From Vampirovibrionales bacterium (GTDB lineage: Bacteria > Cyanobacteriota > Vampirovibrionia > Vampirovibrionales > Vampirovibrionaceae), in NCBI GenBank assembly GCA_029262635.1, contig JAJCZA010000028.1:24437-88436 (forward strand): a stretch of 64,000 nt of DNA, in the 5' to 3' direction. Every line of letters begins with the position of its first letter. Positions within the stretch are counted from its first letter, which is position 1. A program made the translations under genes and the position numbers. Below the pieces are notes generated by a model. It saw only the letters and a list, made by a program, of their open reading frames with translations, made no database searches and was not told the origin of the DNA. This document shows, in pieces, positions 18,792-28,449 of this stretch.

Positions 18792-20390
18792 ATGCCCCCT
18801 GAGCCACAGACAACATTTACCAAAAACAACCCGGCAACTGGTGAGCCTCTTGGCATGTACTCGATTGCCTCATCAGAGCAAGTTAATGAGGCAATTGAAC
18901 AAGCCCACAAGGCACAGAAAATCTGGAAAAACGTTTCACTCTCGACTCGAAAATCGTTCCTTCAGTCAACCGCCAAGGCCCTAATGACGGAGGTCGATGC
19001 TTGGGCACAGTTAATCAGCGCTGAAACCGGAAAACCTTTAAAAGACGCTATTGAAACCGATATGACGCTGGCGGTTTCTGTTTTAAATTATTACAGTCAG
19101 ATAGGCCCCAAGCTTTTAAAAGAAAAACGTTATCAACTAGATCAAAGCTTTCTGCTGGGACTGGTTCATTATGAACGACGTGTGCCTAAAGGTGTTGTGG
19201 CGATCATTTCCCCTTGGAACTTTCCATTAGCGATTCCAATGAGCGGAATAGCGGCGGCTCTCATGAGTGGAAATACTGTTATTCTTAAGCCCAGTGAACT
19301 AACCCCCGGTTGTGGTGAACGCATCGGCGAACTGATTCGCTCTGTTCTAAAACAGTTTAACCTCCCGGAAAACATCTTTCAGGTACTAACGGGAGAGGGT
19401 TCAACCGGTCAAAACCTGATTGATGGGCGGATTAACTATTGTGTTTTTACAGGGAGCGCTCCGACCGGAAGAAAAATCCAAACACAACTGGCTCAGCGAG
19501 GTATTGAATCCAGTTTGGAGCTAGGCGGAAGCTGTCCCATGATTATTTTGGAAAGCGAACCAGACCTTGATGCCGCCACAAGCTACGCTGTCTGGAGTCG
19601 TTTTGTAAATACAGGGCAGGCTTGTGCGGCAGTTAAACGCCTGTATGTCCCGTCCAGTCGTTATAATATTGTTGTTTCGTTGTTAAGGGAAAAAATCAAC
19701 CAGCTCAATCAAGGCTTGCCAGACGATCCACTCACTCACCTGGGGCCATTAATTAATGAAACCCAACGAGATTTAATCGCCCGGCAGGTGGTGGAGACAC
19801 TGGCAAAAGGGGCTCAGGCGGAAACCGGAGGCTCTGTACCTGAGCGACCGGGTTGGTATTACCCGCCCACGCTATTAAGTCATGTTCCTCTAGACTCGCC
19901 GGTTTTAACCGAAGAGACCTTCGGCCCGGTTCTACCCGTGGTGCCCTACGACACCATTGAAGAAGTCATTGAGATGGCGAATAATACGCCTTACGGCTTA
20001 ACCGGATGTGTGTTTGGCGAAGAAAAAGAGGCCGAAGCGATTGCTCGAAAATTGGATACCGGGATTATAGCCATTAACGGGGTAGGAATGACCAATTACG
20101 GCTTTGCCAGTTTGCCTTGGGGTGGTCGAAAAGACAGTGGCCCCGGTGTTAGTCATAGCCCTCAAGCATTGTTGGACACAACGAACACCCAGACACTCAC
20201 CAAAAATCTAATGTACGGCTTTGCGCCATTGAAAAAACCGCCGTGGCTGTTTAATCATTCAGGCGCACCACAGGATTTGGCCTTTTCAAAAGCTATTCTC
20301 CGAGTATTTGGAGGGAAGGGTTGGCTGGCCAAACTGGATTTAGCTATGTTAATCGGCCTGATTCGAAACCGATCCTCTAAACGCTTGTAA
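18792..20390 (+). CDS. NAD(P)-dependent aldehyde dehydrogenase family protein
   Basis: ELGG general-base block (LELGGSCP) and catalytic Cys block (NTGQACAAVKR). A C-terminal extension of about 70 aa is present. Confidence 0.85.
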   Translation: MPPEPQTTFTKNNPATGEPLGMYSIASSEQVNEAIEQAHKAQKIWKNVSLSTRKSFLQSTAKALMTEVDAWAQLISAETGKPLKDAIETDMTLAVSVLNYYSQIGPKLLKEKRYQLDQSFLLGLVHYERRVPKGVVAIISPWNFPLAIPMSGIAAALMSGNTVILKPSELTPGCGERIGELIRSVLKQFNLPENIFQVLTGEGSTGQNLIDGRINYCVFTGSAPTGRKIQTQLAQRGIESSLELGGSCPMIILESEPDLDAATSYAVWSRFVNTGQACAAVKRLYVPSSRYNIVVSLLREKINQLNQGLPDDPLTHLGPLINETQRDLIARQVVETLAKGAQAETGGSVPERPGWYYPPTLLSHVPLDSPVLTEETFGPVLPVVPYDTIEEVIEMANNTPYGLTGCVFGEEKEAEAIARKLDTGIIAINGVGMTNYGFASLPWGGRKDSGPGVSHSPQALLDTTNTQTLTKNLMYGFAPLKKPPWLFNHSGAPQDLAFSKAILRVFGGKGWLAKLDLAMLIGLIRNRSSKRL

Positions 20391-20396
20391 TTTAAG

Positions 20397-21002
20397 TTAT
20401 TCGGCCTTTACTTCTTTCAATTCAATGACGGCTCCAGTAGCTTCCAGCAAGGTTTTTACTTCGACAGCCTCTTCCTCCGTCAGGTTAGCTTTGATTAAAC
20501 TCGATGGCGAGTCAGTCAACATTTTTGCATCTGCTAAACCCAAGCCGGTAACTGTTCGGATGGCTTTAATCACTGCCACAGAATTTTCTCCTGACTCCAG
20601 TAAAATCACCGAAAATAGCTTCGCTTGAACTCCTGTTTGCACTTTTCCAGTTGAATCTTTGTCTGACCCATAGGTTGTTTTTAACCAATGGTAAAGGGTT
20701 TTCCCCTCTTCATCTGAAATCTCACTGGGACGAAATCCAGGCATGTTATATTGGCCAACACGTTTTGGATCCCGAAGGAATCCCAGAAAAACAGCTTCAT
20801 CCTGGATGGCGGTGGTTTGCTGAAGCAGGCCGTCAATACTTCGAAATCCAACCTTCCCCATCGCATGACAACTGGAACAATTCAGACGAAACAGCTTTTC
20901 GCCCGCTGGCATATCCGCGACGGAAACTGGTGCTTTCATTTCGCTACCACACCCTGAAAAAAGGAACAGGCTTGCCGCCAAAGTGACCATCCAGAATCGC
21001 AT
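20397..21002 (-). CDS. lipoprotein c-type cytochrome fused to a ribosomal L7/L12 C-terminal-like domain
   Basis: Lipobox LFSGC, CSSCH heme motif and a distal NMPGF. The C-terminal part FSVILLESGENSVAVIKAIRTVTGLGLADAKMLTDS..SLIKANLTEEEAVEVKTLLEATGAVIELK parallels E. coli L7/L12 [36 protein letters not shown]... Confidence 0.75.
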   Translation of the reverse strand: MRFWMVTLAASLFLFSGCGSEMKAPVSVADMPAGEKLFRLNCSSCHAMGKVGFRSIDGLLQQTTAIQDEAVFLGFLRDPKRVGQYNMPGFRPSEISDEEGKTLYHWLKTTYGSDKDSTGKVQTGVQAKLFSVILLESGENSVAVIKAIRTVTGLGLADAKMLTDSPSSLIKANLTEEEAVEVKTLLEATGAVIELKEVKAE

Positions 21003-21198
21003 GAAAACCTCTTTCTATTATCCAGAAAACCCTTTAATTTTAGCATTAACGCCAACAAATAACCGATCCACACCCCATGTATCAGCCTGTTCCTCCTTTT
21101 GGCATTTAGGTATAAAATAGAAAAAGTTGATTGATGATAAGTTAGATATATCCTGAGGATAATCGTCTAATAGAAAAAAGAAACAGGAGTCGGGAGCT

Positions 21199-21786
21199 AT
21201 GCCACTATTTTTGGCGTTGATGATTTTAATGGGTGCGGTGTACCAATTATTTTTTCGCTTCGAACATTGGATCGACCCCCAACAAGTAAAAATTGTTTAT
21301 GAGCGGGATAACCTAACCGGACAAACCCATATTATTCGTCCCGGCGAGCAAGTAGAGCTTTTTAGCCGACTGGTTGGCACATTTGGCGAACAAACGGAGA
21401 CAGAAAACAAAGGTCCTTTTGCCTTCACATTGATTGAAGAGACTGAAGAATCAGGACGAAAAAAATCGATTGCTTTAGCCGATCCGATTCCAGAACCGCA
21501 GGAAAGTCCGGCAAAAATAAGCAAGCCCGATAAAAACCGTTCTGACTTAAATCGAGACGGAGTAACAGAATCGGTTTTAATCAACCAAACGGCCCGGGAT
21601 GGTCTGTTGGATATTTCAGTGTTAGAAGGGCAACGGGAAGTTTTCTATGGCCGAGGTCAGCGCATCAGCGTGTTACCCACCACCACCGCTGGCTGGTCCG
21701 ATATCGCCCTTGAAATAACGCCGCGTGAAAAACTATTATTCCGTTATAATCCTGCCGTGAGTGGTTATGAGGTTCAATCCCAATAA
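21199..21786 (+). CDS. hypothetical membrane-anchored protein
   Basis: 195-aa ORF with an N-terminal hydrophobic segment. Its stop overlaps the next start (TAATG). Confidence 0.5.
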   Translation: MPLFLALMILMGAVYQLFFRFEHWIDPQQVKIVYERDNLTGQTHIIRPGEQVELFSRLVGTFGEQTETENKGPFAFTLIEETEESGRKKSIALADPIPEPQESPAKISKPDKNRSDLNRDGVTESVLINQTARDGLLDISVLEGQREVFYGRGQRISVLPTTTAGWSDIALEITPREKLLFRYNPAVSGYEVQSQ

Positions 21787-22253
21787 TGCCTGATCAAACA
21801 ACGCATCGAAAAAAAATGATTCTGACAACCTTTTTATTATTATCAACCAGCATGGCGCTTTGCCTATTCTTCGCCTGCGGTAACGATAAAAAAGCAGACG
21901 CCCCCGCCACTCGAAAGGGGGGTTTTGAACAAGGCTTTGATGAAAAGCGAAAAACCATTGCCTCGGCCGAAAAATTGATGGCCGCCACATTTACAAATGA
22001 CCTTTCAGCAGCGAGCCAGCAATACATGTTGCTAACGGGTAAGAGACCCCAATCTTTTTCCGATTTTGTGACGAATAATGCTATTCCTTCAGGCTCTCAT
22101 TACACCTTGAGTACAGCCAACTTGGGAAATCGACAAGGTTGCATCGTGAGGGCCAAGATTATTGACTGTTCCAATAGCTTTGAACACTTTAACGTAAAAT
22201 ATACATGGCAGGTCGGCGCAAAAGCCTCATCCTCTATTCTGCCTAAGACATGA
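21786..22253 (+). CDS. hypothetical lipoprotein
   Basis: Signal peptide with a lipobox (LFFACGN). Coupled to the upstream ORF. Confidence 0.5.
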   Translation: MPDQTTHRKKMILTTFLLLSTSMALCLFFACGNDKKADAPATRKGGFEQGFDEKRKTIASAEKLMAATFTNDLSAASQQYMLLTGKRPQSFSDFVTNNAIPSGSHYTLSTANLGNRQGCIVRAKIIDCSNSFEHFNVKYTWQVGAKASSSILPKT

Positions 22254-22281
22254 GATAAAAACAGGAGAGGACTCAGGCAAG

Positions 22282-22893
22282 ATGATAACAATGACAAAAA
22301 ATACAAACCCCATGAAGATTTGGCTCTCCATCGTACTGATTTTTATACTTAAAACCCAGCTAAGTTCCATACCCATAGTCTATGGGCAATCCCTACAGGA
22401 TTCGGCTAAAACCGAAACTAAAACCTTAGAGACAACGGAAAAGCTCCGTTTTAAATTTGACAACCGAAAATGGAAGCAGGTGGATACCATCGCACAGGGA
22501 AACTTTAGCCGCGTGACCTACCAGCCTGAAATCGCCGAAGATGAAAATTCCTTAGACAATGAGTTATTTCGTTACCAGCGAACAGTCGGGTTACTGATTG
22601 ACCCTCAGCAGTACTATGACCAATTAATCGCCACTTACCAGAAACAATCGCCCCATTTCTATTCTCGTCCCATTATTCAGGGTGAAAACTATATTATTTT
22701 TGAATGGGGAATTCAGCAGGGGAGTGGCACCCCCCAATATACGGAAATTCAAAAGTACATGCGAGGCAAAACCGCTTCTCATATCATTCGCTATAGTCGG
22801 GTGAACCATCCCATGACCTTGAGTACAAAGTCAGACTGGATTAAGCGGTTTCAGGTGGCTTCAATTGAGAAGCCGTTCTCAAAACAACTTTAA
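22282..22893 (+). CDS. secreted hypothetical protein
   Basis: 203-aa ORF with signal peptide ...WLSIVLIFILKTQLSSIPIVYG. Confidence 0.5.
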   Translation: MITMTKNTNPMKIWLSIVLIFILKTQLSSIPIVYGQSLQDSAKTETKTLETTEKLRFKFDNRKWKQVDTIAQGNFSRVTYQPEIAEDENSLDNELFRYQRTVGLLIDPQQYYDQLIATYQKQSPHFYSRPIIQGENYIIFEWGIQQGSGTPQYTEIQKYMRGKTASHIIRYSRVNHPMTLSTKSDWIKRFQVASIEKPFSKQL

Positions 22894-23354
22894 CGGGTCG
22901 GCATTTTGTCCAACTGAACATAGGTAACTTGCGCCACAGCAACAAGCCTGTTGTTTTCGTCAAACAGCTCCACCGTCGCCGGACAAAGCAGTCGGCCAGG
23001 CTTGATAACTCGTGCTTTAGCCCGAACCAACGTCATGCAAGGTGCTAAAAATCGAATATTCATATCCGTTGTTGAAAGGATCTGATGGGGGCCAGAATAA
23101 GTCATAATCGCGAAACAAGCGGCCATATCGGCAATGGTCATGAGAACCCCGCCGTGAAAACACTCAAAAATACCATCACATTGCGGATCTCGAGGAGCCG
23201 TAGCGACGCATTCACCTAAAGTCAAGGATTCCACTTGAAGGTTAAATGCCGAAACGCCTGGGATCGAATGGATTTTTTCAAGCAAGCTATCTTTAAACGC
23301 TTTGTCCAAAGGGCTTCCTGGCTGAGATCGGTTTTGAGATTGTCTGTGTACCAT
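22890..23354 (-). CDS. PaaI-family hotdog-fold thioesterase
   Basis: The HGGVLMTIADMA motif and overall size are typical of PaaI/YigI thioesterases. Confidence 0.75.
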   Translation of the reverse strand: MVHRQSQNRSQPGSPLDKAFKDSLLEKIHSIPGVSAFNLQVESLTLGECVATAPRDPQCDGIFECFHGGVLMTIADMAACFAIMTYSGPHQILSTTDMNIRFLAPCMTLVRAKARVIKPGRLLCPATVELFDENNRLVAVAQVTYVQLDKMPTR

Positions 23355-23450
23355 GTTTTCGCCTTTTCAATTTTTAAAAGAGTATATACCTATGGTATGC
23401 TAAAAGTGGTTTTTTAGAAAAAAATTTAAAAAGGTTCAAAAAAGATTAAC

Positions 23451-23861
23451 ATGATCATACCAAAACAGACGTTATTTTTAACCTTACCATTGCTGGCCTT
23501 GGTGACTCTGCTTGCCTTTGGCTGTGGTGGAAATAAATCGGTCGAAACACCGCCGATTAACGGAACCCCTTCGGGAGAGCCTCTGGTTTTACCCAAACCT
23601 TCTCACCAGGCTTTTTTAGAGAGTCTCCGAAAAGATTGCCTGACCATCAAGCACGATCCCACGTTTCTAAGACGAATGGCGAGCCACCCGCCCGACGAAG
23701 TTGAAACAAAGGCCGAAAATTATTGTACGTGCTTTGTGGATGAATTTAACCGACAGTTTTCAACCCAGGATTTAAATAATTTTCTAGAAAAAAATAACCC
23801 ATTGCCTTCCAACGTTCTGGATCAAATGGCTGAAACCTGTAGTATTCATATCGAAGAATAA
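23451..23861 (+). CDS. hypothetical lipoprotein
   Basis: Signal peptide with a lipobox (LLAFGCGG). Confidence 0.55.
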   Translation: MIIPKQTLFLTLPLLALVTLLAFGCGGNKSVETPPINGTPSGEPLVLPKPSHQAFLESLRKDCLTIKHDPTFLRRMASHPPDEVETKAENYCTCFVDEFNRQFSTQDLNNFLEKNNPLPSNVLDQMAETCSIHIEE

Positions 23862-23883
23862 CCGAGCGGCAAGCCCCGGTTAC

Positions 23884-25227
23884 CTATAGGTCGGTTTTAT
23901 TACCCATGGCCGCAAAATAGTTATGGCACGCCGCATCGAGAAACGCTTCGGTCATTTCCGGTTGACGGCGATGGTAATTGCAGGCATTATACACCTGCTC
24001 CAGAATATCCCGTGCCTGACACGCCCGAAAAGGCCGTTTTCCTCGGTAATGTGTACTCATCAAATATTCAAATTTACTTTCGTCAAATTTAATGCCATAT
24101 CGGGGTGCTATAAAAGCCATTAGCCGCTTAAAGGTTGCCTCATCCGGATCGCACACATGGATTTTATAGGGAATCCGTCGCAAAAAGGCATCATCCACCA
24201 AGTCCTTCGGATCCAGATTGGTGGAAAACAGAATCAGTTCATCAAACGGCACTTCGATTTTTTTTCCATTAGGGAGTGTCAAGTAATCAATCCGCTTTTC
24301 TAAAGGGACAATCCATCGGTTTAACAACTCTTCGTGGTGCACCCGCTGTCGACCGAAGTCATCAATCAGAAAAACGCCGCAGTTGGCTTTAAGCTGAAGC
24401 GGCGCTTCTGACACTCGGAGCAATTCGTTAAATTTGATTTCGAGGGATTCCATGGTCAATTCGCCACCCACCATCACCACCGGGCGCTTAATTTTAACCC
24501 ATCGGGCATCGTACTGCGGAAGTAGATCGTTGGGATCCCCAGACACTTCTTCATGACACTGCGGATCAAAGAGCTTGACCAGCTGACCATCAATCAAGAG
24601 GGTACGTGGAATGTAAATGTCGTTTTTAAAACATCGACAAATTCGTTCAGCAATCGATGTTTTCCCGTTTCCTGGCGCGCCATATAAAAACAATCCTCTC
24701 CCCGAGTTCACCGCCGGGCCAATAATCTTAAACAGCTCAGGATCCAGAACTAAATCACGAAAGGCTTTATCAACCGTTTCTTCATCGGGTTGTTCTAACC
24801 GAATCGATTGCTGTAAAACACTTTCCAGATAGTCTTCATATAAAACCGGTGCGGAACCCATATACGCCGAATACTCAATAGCAGACAAGGCTTTTTCTCG
24901 GCCCGGATCCGCCAGAATATACTCGTAATCCCCCATGCTAGCGGCGTTTTTATGACCAATAAACATCCGGTTTTTCAAATCCGTTAATATAGGAGCCAAA
25001 ATCGAAAACGGCAAACAGAGTTCCGCTGAGACTTCCCGCCCCGTCATCACGCCACGGCTGAGCAAGACCTTATAAATGAGGTCCTCAATTAAAATGTTAT
25101 TCAACTTCGTGTCTTCCAACGCTTTTGGCACCGCCGGTTTAAAGGGGGGCAAACGATCGGACACTAGAAACGGCTCTTGTGACTCAGCGGCTTCAAATTG
25201 ATTGCTCGGGGGCGGAACCATGCTCAT
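23884..25227 (-). CDS. AAA+ ATPase with N-terminal winged-helix-like region
   Basis: Walker A LYGAPGNGKTS, Walker B VFLIDDFGRQ and an FLRRIPY arginine region. The N-terminal ~170 aa are non-ATPase. Confidence 0.7.
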   Translation of the reverse strand: MSMVPPPSNQFEAAESQEPFLVSDRLPPFKPAVPKALEDTKLNNILIEDLIYKVLLSRGVMTGREVSAELCLPFSILAPILTDLKNRMFIGHKNAASMGDYEYILADPGREKALSAIEYSAYMGSAPVLYEDYLESVLQQSIRLEQPDEETVDKAFRDLVLDPELFKIIGPAVNSGRGLFLYGAPGNGKTSIAERICRCFKNDIYIPRTLLIDGQLVKLFDPQCHEEVSGDPNDLLPQYDARWVKIKRPVVMVGGELTMESLEIKFNELLRVSEAPLQLKANCGVFLIDDFGRQRVHHEELLNRWIVPLEKRIDYLTLPNGKKIEVPFDELILFSTNLDPKDLVDDAFLRRIPYKIHVCDPDEATFKRLMAFIAPRYGIKFDESKFEYLMSTHYRGKRPFRACQARDILEQVYNACNYHRRQPEMTEAFLDAACHNYFAAMGNKTDL

Positions 25228-25378
25228 CCTCTATCATGCTCCTTTTCATAGCCCGTAAAATCTCACTGCAATTTGGGGCTAATGATTACATTCCTCAAAT
25301 CAGCCAAATCTAAACCTATTCTATTAAGAATAGGTTTAGTAAAACCTCTAATCTAGGCTCTGCTTACTGTAGAATATT

Positions 25379-27829
25379 TTATTTGTCCCGAGGCTCATTA
25401 AATAGAGTTCTTTCCCCCGTAGCAATTTGTTTTAGCCAGAAGGTTTTTGTTTTCGGATCGCCATCCGGTTCTCTTTCTGCCACTTCTGCTATCAGGTGAC
25501 GGGCAATGGCGGTATCTTTCAGATCTTTTTCCAGTGCTGAAGGGCTAATCCCTTTCAGGGCCGTATCTACTTCCACCTTGGTTCGTTCAACAAAGGCTTC
25601 TAAGGCAAGACGCTCTGATCTAGGCAGTAAGCCGCCTTCTCTTTCCAGTTTGAGTGATGCGGCGGTGATGGCGAAAATACCCATTCCCGCTTTGGCTACC
25701 CGCATGTTGATTAACTGGGCCGTCTGCATTTTCTTCCCTAACTTAAACCCTGCATAGAGAGAGCGAGCGTTTAATTCTCGGGTTCGACTACGAAGCCAGC
25801 GCACATCTTTAGCCGGAAGGCCACCTCCTTGATCGCCCAAATCACTGAACTTCATGTTCTTGACTTCAATCGCCGCATCTTTTCTGGCGATCTGCTTATC
25901 CCAGCCCGAAGCCTTCTCAATGCGTTCTTTTATTTTTACGTAAGGGGCCAAAGACTTCAGGGTAACCCATTGCTCCAGCGCCGCATGGACGCCTTCCACA
26001 ATTCGGTTCACCCAAAGATCCCGAAACGTTCTAAAGTAGCCGCCCTCCTGAAACAGCCCTTGTCCACCGAAAATCTGTTGGGTATCCACACCCACGTTCC
26101 AAGCCCCATCCGCACCAAATACCTTGGCCGCAACCGCTTCAGCTGCCAGATCCAACTCGGCATTTCCCCAGCCATTATTAGGCGCATGGTAATCAATCAG
26201 TGCTGAGGACAATTCTGTAACCGCATTAATGCCTACTGCTGTAATCATCGATTCTGAAAGCATTCGTTGAACATCCGGCAGATCGCCCAATTGACCTTCT
26301 CGATCCAACGGTACGGATTTCCCTTCCGCGTTCTTCACTCGGGGAACAAAATCGTTGGGTGCTTCTCTTTCCAATGCCCGATGAGCGGCCTGATTAAGGC
26401 GTTCCATGGCCGCCCCGTAACCGGCTGAGCCAAACCCGTTTCGACCCAATGCCAGTGCGTCAAACGGGATTTTCCGTCCGGATCCAACCTGTCCCAGGTA
26501 CGTTTCCGCAAACGCTTTTTTAACGTCACCATCACCCTGATAGTTTCGGGCAAATGCTTTAAAATAGGTGTCTTTAATTATTTGATCGATCGGTTTATCG
26601 GGGGTTGCTTCCTGTAACTCATCTAAGGGTAATTCCGCCAGTTTACCGGAACCGCCCAACACATTTTCCACGGAAATTTCAAAGTCTTTCAAAGCAATAT
26701 ACGCCTGATTACTGCCTCGAATCACGCCCATTTCCAGCGGATCTGAAATATGCAGTTGCCCGCCTGTATGATAGCCGCTTCCCTCAGGCTGCATCAAGGC
26801 TTTTTGCTTGGCTTTAAAGTCTTTCGGTTGATCTGTTAACCGGAACGGCAGATCCACCAGGAACGTGGTGTATTGGTCTTTTTCATGAGGTTTACTGGTC
26901 TTAGCGACCAGGAACAACACCCCAGCTCGTTGGGTGTTGGTAATAAAGAGTTTAGAGCCATTAATCACCCATTTTTTTCCATCGGGCGACAGTTGAGCCC
27001 GTGTTTCTACCCGCTTGGTATCCGTTCCCGCTCCGGGTTCGGTTAGTCCAAAGGCTGCTAAATACTCACTTTTGGCCAGTTTGGGGAAATATTTCTTTTG
27101 CTGTGCTTCGCTGCCATATAAAGCCAGCGGGTTGTTTCCAATGGAGTTATTGGCGCTAACGGGTACCAGCAACGAACCCATGTTAAGCCGAGCTAGGTGG
27201 TTTGAAACCAGATAATGGTATTCCGTATTATTTAAGTGAACACCACCCACCGCAAAACTCAGCCCATCTTTCAGCTCTAACGTTTCCGGGGCTTTTAAGG
27301 CAAACAATCCCAGTTTGTTCATACGCTCAAATACTTCAGTGGGCGTGTAAGCTTCTCGATCGATTTGATCAATATCAACCACAGGCTTGACAAGATCTTC
27401 TACTTCAATGCCCAGCTGAAGCATCCAGTAAACCATGGCATCGGTCGGATGAAGGAGCTGTTGTTTAAGGTCGTAGTTCTGTTTGGCACTGATATTTTTC
27501 TTGTCTCGCAATCCAATACGAATCAGCGCGCCAAACGCATCCAAACTCTCTTTTTTCGCAGCTGATAATGACGTAGCCTCAATAGCTTCCGCCATTGTGT
27601 CAAAATGCAGGGCGCCTCGAGGAATTTGCTGAAGCACACCGGGTAAGCGTTCGCCTCCCATTTCTTTCAAATCTTTATCATCAAACTCGGCTTTGCCAAA
27701 GTAAACCGCATCCGGGCGACTCGGAGTCAGCTTGATGGGCGTTAAGGGTTGTCCGCTTGCCGGTAACACCGGTTTCATGTTCAAGTTGCCAGAGTTTAAT
27801 GGTTTAATCCCAACCTCATTGATTGTCAT
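25379..27829 (-). CDS. large acyl-CoA dehydrogenase (FadE-like length)
   Basis: FGLTEPGAGTD motif, ...FITN... and QIFGGQG, with long N- and C-terminal extensions (816 aa). Confidence 0.85.
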   Translation of the reverse strand: MTINEVGIKPLNSGNLNMKPVLPASGQPLTPIKLTPSRPDAVYFGKAEFDDKDLKEMGGERLPGVLQQIPRGALHFDTMAEAIEATSLSAAKKESLDAFGALIRIGLRDKKNISAKQNYDLKQQLLHPTDAMVYWMLQLGIEVEDLVKPVVDIDQIDREAYTPTEVFERMNKLGLFALKAPETLELKDGLSFAVGGVHLNNTEYHYLVSNHLARLNMGSLLVPVSANNSIGNNPLALYGSEAQQKKYFPKLAKSEYLAAFGLTEPGAGTDTKRVETRAQLSPDGKKWVINGSKLFITNTQRAGVLFLVAKTSKPHEKDQYTTFLVDLPFRLTDQPKDFKAKQKALMQPEGSGYHTGGQLHISDPLEMGVIRGSNQAYIALKDFEISVENVLGGSGKLAELPLDELQEATPDKPIDQIIKDTYFKAFARNYQGDGDVKKAFAETYLGQVGSGRKIPFDALALGRNGFGSAGYGAAMERLNQAAHRALEREAPNDFVPRVKNAEGKSVPLDREGQLGDLPDVQRMLSESMITAVGINAVTELSSALIDYHAPNNGWGNAELDLAAEAVAAKVFGADGAWNVGVDTQQIFGGQGLFQEGGYFRTFRDLWVNRIVEGVHAALEQWVTLKSLAPYVKIKERIEKASGWDKQIARKDAAIEVKNMKFSDLGDQGGGLPAKDVRWLRSRTRELNARSLYAGFKLGKKMQTAQLINMRVAKAGMGIFAITAASLKLEREGGLLPRSERLALEAFVERTKVEVDTALKGISPSALEKDLKDTAIARHLIAEVAEREPDGDPKTKTFWLKQIATGERTLFNEPRDK

Positions 27830-27990
27830 TTAAAAAGTCCCCTAATCTTCTGTCTCTAATAAGAAAATACGCACCACGCTCTTACCGTAAAAAGCGTCGC
27901 ATTCAATTTTAAATATTAAAATAAACCGAATCAAGAGACAAGCTATTTACATGATTTAACGTTTGATTTGGCATCACCTCTTAAACAGCA

Positions 27991-28025
27991 AAGTAAAAGA
28001 CCCGGTATAAATATCATACCGGGTC
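27991..28025 (-). terminator. intrinsic terminator of the TadG-vWA / acidic lipoprotein transcript
   Basis: Perfect 10-bp stem gacccggtat / ataccgggtc with a 7-nt loop, followed on the minus strand by TTTT. Confidence 0.6.
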
Positions 28026-28119
28026 GGAGAGTTGGCATTAAAGTATTTGCATCTTGTGAGAACAAGACAAGTACGATGATTAAGTGGGTCCAGAGTTATT
28101 TTAGAATGTTTTAAAAAAG

Positions 28120-28392
28120 CTACTCGGAAGCTTCCTCTTCCTCACACACGTTGTCATCTTCCATACCGGGTGGTGGCGGAACCGCATTGTCATCATCTTC
28201 AATCGAACAAGATTCCTCATCCTCATCTTCAGAATAATCATCACCCATTGCGATTAAGACGGTTTTATTCTCAAACCCCTGTATCTCAACCGCTTCGGCA
28301 GAAGCTTGATAAGGCATGCAAGCACAGCTTCCCAATAAAAACAGCAGAAGTAGTCCCATACAAACATCCCGACTTGTCATTAATTTTTTCAT
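28120..28392 (-). CDS. small highly acidic lipoprotein
   Basis: Lipobox LLGSC, then a D/E-rich tail (DDYSEDEDEE...CEEEEASE). Lies 57 nt downstream of the TadG-vWA gene on the same strand. Confidence 0.55.
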   Translation of the reverse strand: MKKLMTSRDVCMGLLLLFLLGSCACMPYQASAEAVEIQGFENKTVLIAMGDDYSEDEDEESCSIEDDDNAVPPPPGMEDDNVCEEEEASE

Positions 28393-28449
28393 TTTAAAAC
28401 TCCTAAAAACAGTAACTTATCAAATATAAAAACAGCGGGCACTCTTCTT

